NCBI GenBank assembly: GCA_016926835.1
Contig: JAFGNX010000008.1
Coordinates: forward strand, 1-41,582
Reading direction: 5' to 3'
DNA: 41,582 nt
Origin: Candidatus Aminicenantes bacterium
GTDB taxonomy: Bacteria; Acidobacteriota; Aminicenantia; UBA2199
Both the position numbers and the translations under genes were made by a program. Of the stretch, positions 39,286-41,582 are shown one piece after another. The first letter of the stretch is position 1; every line of letters starts with the position of its first letter. Under the pieces are notes generated by a model. It searched no databases and was not told where the DNA came from. It worked only from the letters and a program-made list of their open reading frames with translations.

Positions 39286-40221
39286 TTATCCCAATTGGCG
39301 CAGGGTTCCTGAACGCAAAACATCCGGTTCAATGAAAATCCGCCGGATCTGGGGATAGGCTCCACGGATATCCCGCTCAAAACCGTTGATCAGGTTGGAT
39401 ATTTCACGCGCGTTCAAACGATCATTGAATTCAAGTTTGGCCGCCAGCAGAATGTCTTCGGGACCAAGATGCAGGGTTCGCAGGGCGATCACGTGGTTCA
39501 CACTGTCATCATCTCCCAGAATGGCTTTTACCCCTTGAATGATTTGCGGGTCCGCCGCCTCCCCCACCAGTAGGGATTTGGTTTCAAGGGCCAGGAATAA
39601 GGCCACCGCAGCCAACAGCAACCCGATCAGGATCGATGCCAGGGCGTCGAATACCAGCCAGCCGGTCAATTGCTCCAGGATCAGGCATACAGCCGCAATG
39701 CCGAGACCGGTCAGGGCTGCCAGATCCTCCATGAACACAACGATCAGTTCGGACTTTTTGGTGCAGCGCAGATAGCGGTACACACTCATGCCGCGGCGTT
39801 CTTTCTGAACCATGCGCCTGGCCTTCATGAAAGCCGCGCCTTCGGCGATAATCGCCACGCCCAGGATGGCGAAGGCGTAATGAATCTGCTGCACCGGCTG
39901 GGGATTCATCCACTTGTGGATCCCCTGCCAGATCGAGTAGATCGATCCGGCGGTAAAAAGCATCATGGCCACGATAAAAGACCAGAAATACAGTTCACCG
40001 GAAAAACCGAAAGGATGAAGTTGATCCGGTTCGCGGCGTCCATTGCGGATTCCCACCAGCAGAAGCACCTGATTCATGGTGTCGGCCATGGAATGGACGG
40101 TCTCGGCCAGTATGGCTGATGAACGCGTCAACAGAAAAACCGCGAATTTCACCACGGCGATTATAAAGTTGGCCCCGAAAGCAAACAGGACCACGGGGAT
40201 GGATGAATCGCGGAATTTCAT
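39286..40221 (-). CDS. Cation diffusion facilitator family transporter
   Basis: SSAILAETVHSMAD, PDQLHPFG, FMEDLAAL, cytoplasmic C-terminal domain ending IFIEP. Confidence 0.93.
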   Translation of the reverse strand: MKFRDSSIPVVLFAFGANFIIAVVKFAVFLLTRSSAILAETVHSMADTMNQVLLLVGIRNGRREPDQLHPFGFSGELYFWSFIVAMMLFTAGSIYSIWQGIHKWMNPQPVQQIHYAFAILGVAIIAEGAAFMKARRMVQKERRGMSVYRYLRCTKKSELIVVFMEDLAALTGLGIAAVCLILEQLTGWLVFDALASILIGLLLAAVALFLALETKSLLVGEAADPQIIQGVKAILGDDDSVNHVIALRTLHLGPEDILLAAKLEFNDRLNAREISNLINGFERDIRGAYPQIRRIFIEPDVLRSGTLRQLG

Positions 40222-40227
40222 TTGTTT

Positions 40228-40256
40228 ATTCTATAGCCTCCCGCTCGGGGTGTCAA
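40228..40256 (-). promoter_or_regulatory. Sigma70 promoter of CDF-ispA-dxs (leaderless arrangement)
   Basis: TTGACA-17 bp-TAGAAT-6 nt-ATG on minus strand. Confidence 0.7.
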
Positions 40257-40268
40257 CCACGAAGTCCT

Positions 40269-40298
40269 TTGACGGCTTCCCCGCCCGGATGGTATAAT
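40269..40298 (+). promoter_or_regulatory. Sigma70 promoter of the PHP-like gene (divergent)
   Basis: TTGACG-18 bp-TATAAT with TG extension. Confidence 0.6.
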
Positions 40299-40321
40299 CG
40301 AACCGCAATCCTGGAAAATCC

Positions 40322-41350
40322 ATGCAAAAAAAACTGCGTCTCTCGGCTCTGGTTGTTCTGGTTCTGTTTGCGCTGCTGGTGGTCCCCATCATGCGTTATC
40401 GCAAGGAAGCCAACCTGACATCCCTGCCGTCCAGATTTATCAAGGGGGTGGTGGCTTCCGCGGTCGATCCAACGAAAATGTCTGCGGACAGGGAAACGAT
40501 TTGCCGCGCCGCAAACGAATTGGCGTTGCAGTTTGTCATCTTGTCTCCAGACGGCAACATCGGCGAATCCTTCTCTGACGCTGCATCCTGGTGCAAAAAT
40601 ACCCTGATAATCGAGTCTCCGGCAAAAATCGCCGACATCGACCTGGTCAACCTGTATGACAGCTTGCGGAAAGTGTCCCGGTTTTCCAGAGTGATTCACG
40701 TATCCCGTTACCTCTTCAACTCCAGTTACGCCTTGCTCAGTGCCATCGACCACCCTCGAGATTCCCTGTCACAATGGGATCTGAACTGTCGAACAGGGCG
40801 CAAAACAGGGGTTTTCAGCCTGGGCACTGAGGGCGGTTTGTCATTGCCCGGCGTTACAAAATCCACGCTGCCATCGTTCCGTTCCATGTTTGAGATTCTT
40901 ACCGTGTACGTGCGAATCGACCGGGAACTGGTAAAAGAACCCGGAAAATCGATGGAGATGGTGATGAATGCGGTGAAGGCGGGACATTTCTTTAATGCGA
41001 TTGAAGCCATTGCCGCAGCCAACGGTTTTGACGCCCGTTTTTATCCGGTGGAATCAGCTGACGTGATACAAATGGGAGATATGGATCCTCGTTTCCAGGG
41101 AAAACTGCAGGTTGACACCCCCTTTACCTTCCCCACCCGGGTAATGCTGATTCGCAACGGAGAAAAGGTGGCAACTGCGCCTTCCAGCTCGCGTGGGCGG
41201 TCTGTCTGGGATATTGCAAATCCGGGAATTTATCGCGTGGAAGTCTACGTGCCCGGCAATCATTTCGCAAACTTGCCCTGGATTGTCACCAATCCATTTT
41301 ACCTGGGAACCGCAAACCACTTAGCCAATCGCCCGTCAGGTTCTGAATAA
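40322..41350 (+). CDS. Membrane-anchored/exported PHP-like (CehA/McbA-like) protein lacking metal ligands
   Basis: N-terminal TM; ETICRAANELALQFVILS resembles the PHP N-terminus; C-terminal LIRNGE..GIYRVEV..WIVTNPFY. Confidence 0.6.
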   Translation: MQKKLRLSALVVLVLFALLVVPIMRYRKEANLTSLPSRFIKGVVASAVDPTKMSADRETICRAANELALQFVILSPDGNIGESFSDAASWCKNTLIIESPAKIADIDLVNLYDSLRKVSRFSRVIHVSRYLFNSSYALLSAIDHPRDSLSQWDLNCRTGRKTGVFSLGTEGGLSLPGVTKSTLPSFRSMFEILTVYVRIDRELVKEPGKSMEMVMNAVKAGHFFNAIEAIAAANGFDARFYPVESADVIQMGDMDPRFQGKLQVDTPFTFPTRVMLIRNGEKVATAPSSSRGRSVWDIANPGIYRVEVYVPGNHFANLPWIVTNPFYLGTANHLANRPSGSE

Positions 41351-41493
41351 AGAATAAGGAAGAAGGAATAAAAAGGCACTCCATGGGCCGTTGTGGTGCT
41401 TGTAGAAGATAGAACGTAGAAGGTAGAAAAAAGCATTGAGTTTTGCCTTTTTACTTTAAACTTTAGACTTTCAACTTTTCACTTTCCACTTTA
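41345..41493. repeat. Three heptamer tandem-repeat tracts between convergent genes
   Basis: A(A/G)GAA(T/G)A units 41345-41371; TAGAAGA TAGAACG TAGAAGG TAGAAAA 41403-41430; ACTTTNN x6 41453-41493. Confidence 0.85.
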
Positions 41494-41582
41494 TGTTCTT
41501 CCTGGCATTGCGTATACAATTGGTCAAGCTGTTGCAGCATCTTCTCCAGAGAGTATTCACGCATGACGTGTTCTCGCAGAGC
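41463..41582 (-). CDS. 3' end of a probable GT-B (family 4) glycosyltransferase; truncated by window edge
   Basis: Minus frame reads ALREHVMREYSLEKMLQQLDQLYTQCQEEHKVESEKLKV-stop; YS.EKM....LY is typical of GT4 C-termini. Confidence 0.6.
   Translation of the reverse strand, partial: ALREHVMREYSLEKMLQQLDQLYTQCQEEHKVESEKLKV

Noticed and set aside
38312-39358. 348-aa + strand ORF
   Set aside because: Antisense to ispA and overlapping dxs and the CDF gene; no motifs

Overview
A 41.6-kb, gene-dense, mostly housekeeping region from a diderm, probably anaerobic bacterium (the PFOR, ptb, membrane pyrophosphatase and DUF4388/DUF1844/MazG content is reminiscent of Acidobacteriota/Aminicenantes or deltaproteobacteria-like lineages; taxon is inference only). 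The left half is a long minus-strand run: DUF1844 - TPR membrane protein - DUF4388 - ribF - tig - clpP - clpX - lon - engB - rho - ptb - lolA-like - ECF sigma/anti-sigma/bactofilin-like - YdcF - hppA - purC - cvpA - Fis-like - groEL (no groES) - tRNA-Gln(CTG) - tRNA-Glu(CTC). The right half has mazG, DUF151 nuclease, nifJ, a LOG protein, tRNA-Lys(CTT), DUF502, panE, GYD, DUF4332, an atypical B12-like radical SAM gene coupled to tmk, two beta-barrel proteins, dxs, ispA, a CDF transporter and a PHP-like pseudoenzyme. The least explained part is the non-coding 62-871 region downstream of tRNA-Glu. It holds a 267-bp tandem unit rebuilt from tRNA 3' fragments interrupted by hairpins, each unit carrying an inverted T-arm mimic; a 22-23-bp-period GTGATGAGAAC array sharing a 9-mer with that mimic; a GTAG-REP hairpin; and heptamer tracts. 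Related short-repeat tracts recur elsewhere and run into coding 3' ends. Protein-level oddities: a Lon lacking its conserved long-helix motif, an MshEN (c-di-GMP) motif pair in the DUF4388 protein, a Na+/H+ dual-type pyrophosphatase signature, and several apparently leaderless genes. All calls come from reading motifs by eye; no searches were run.
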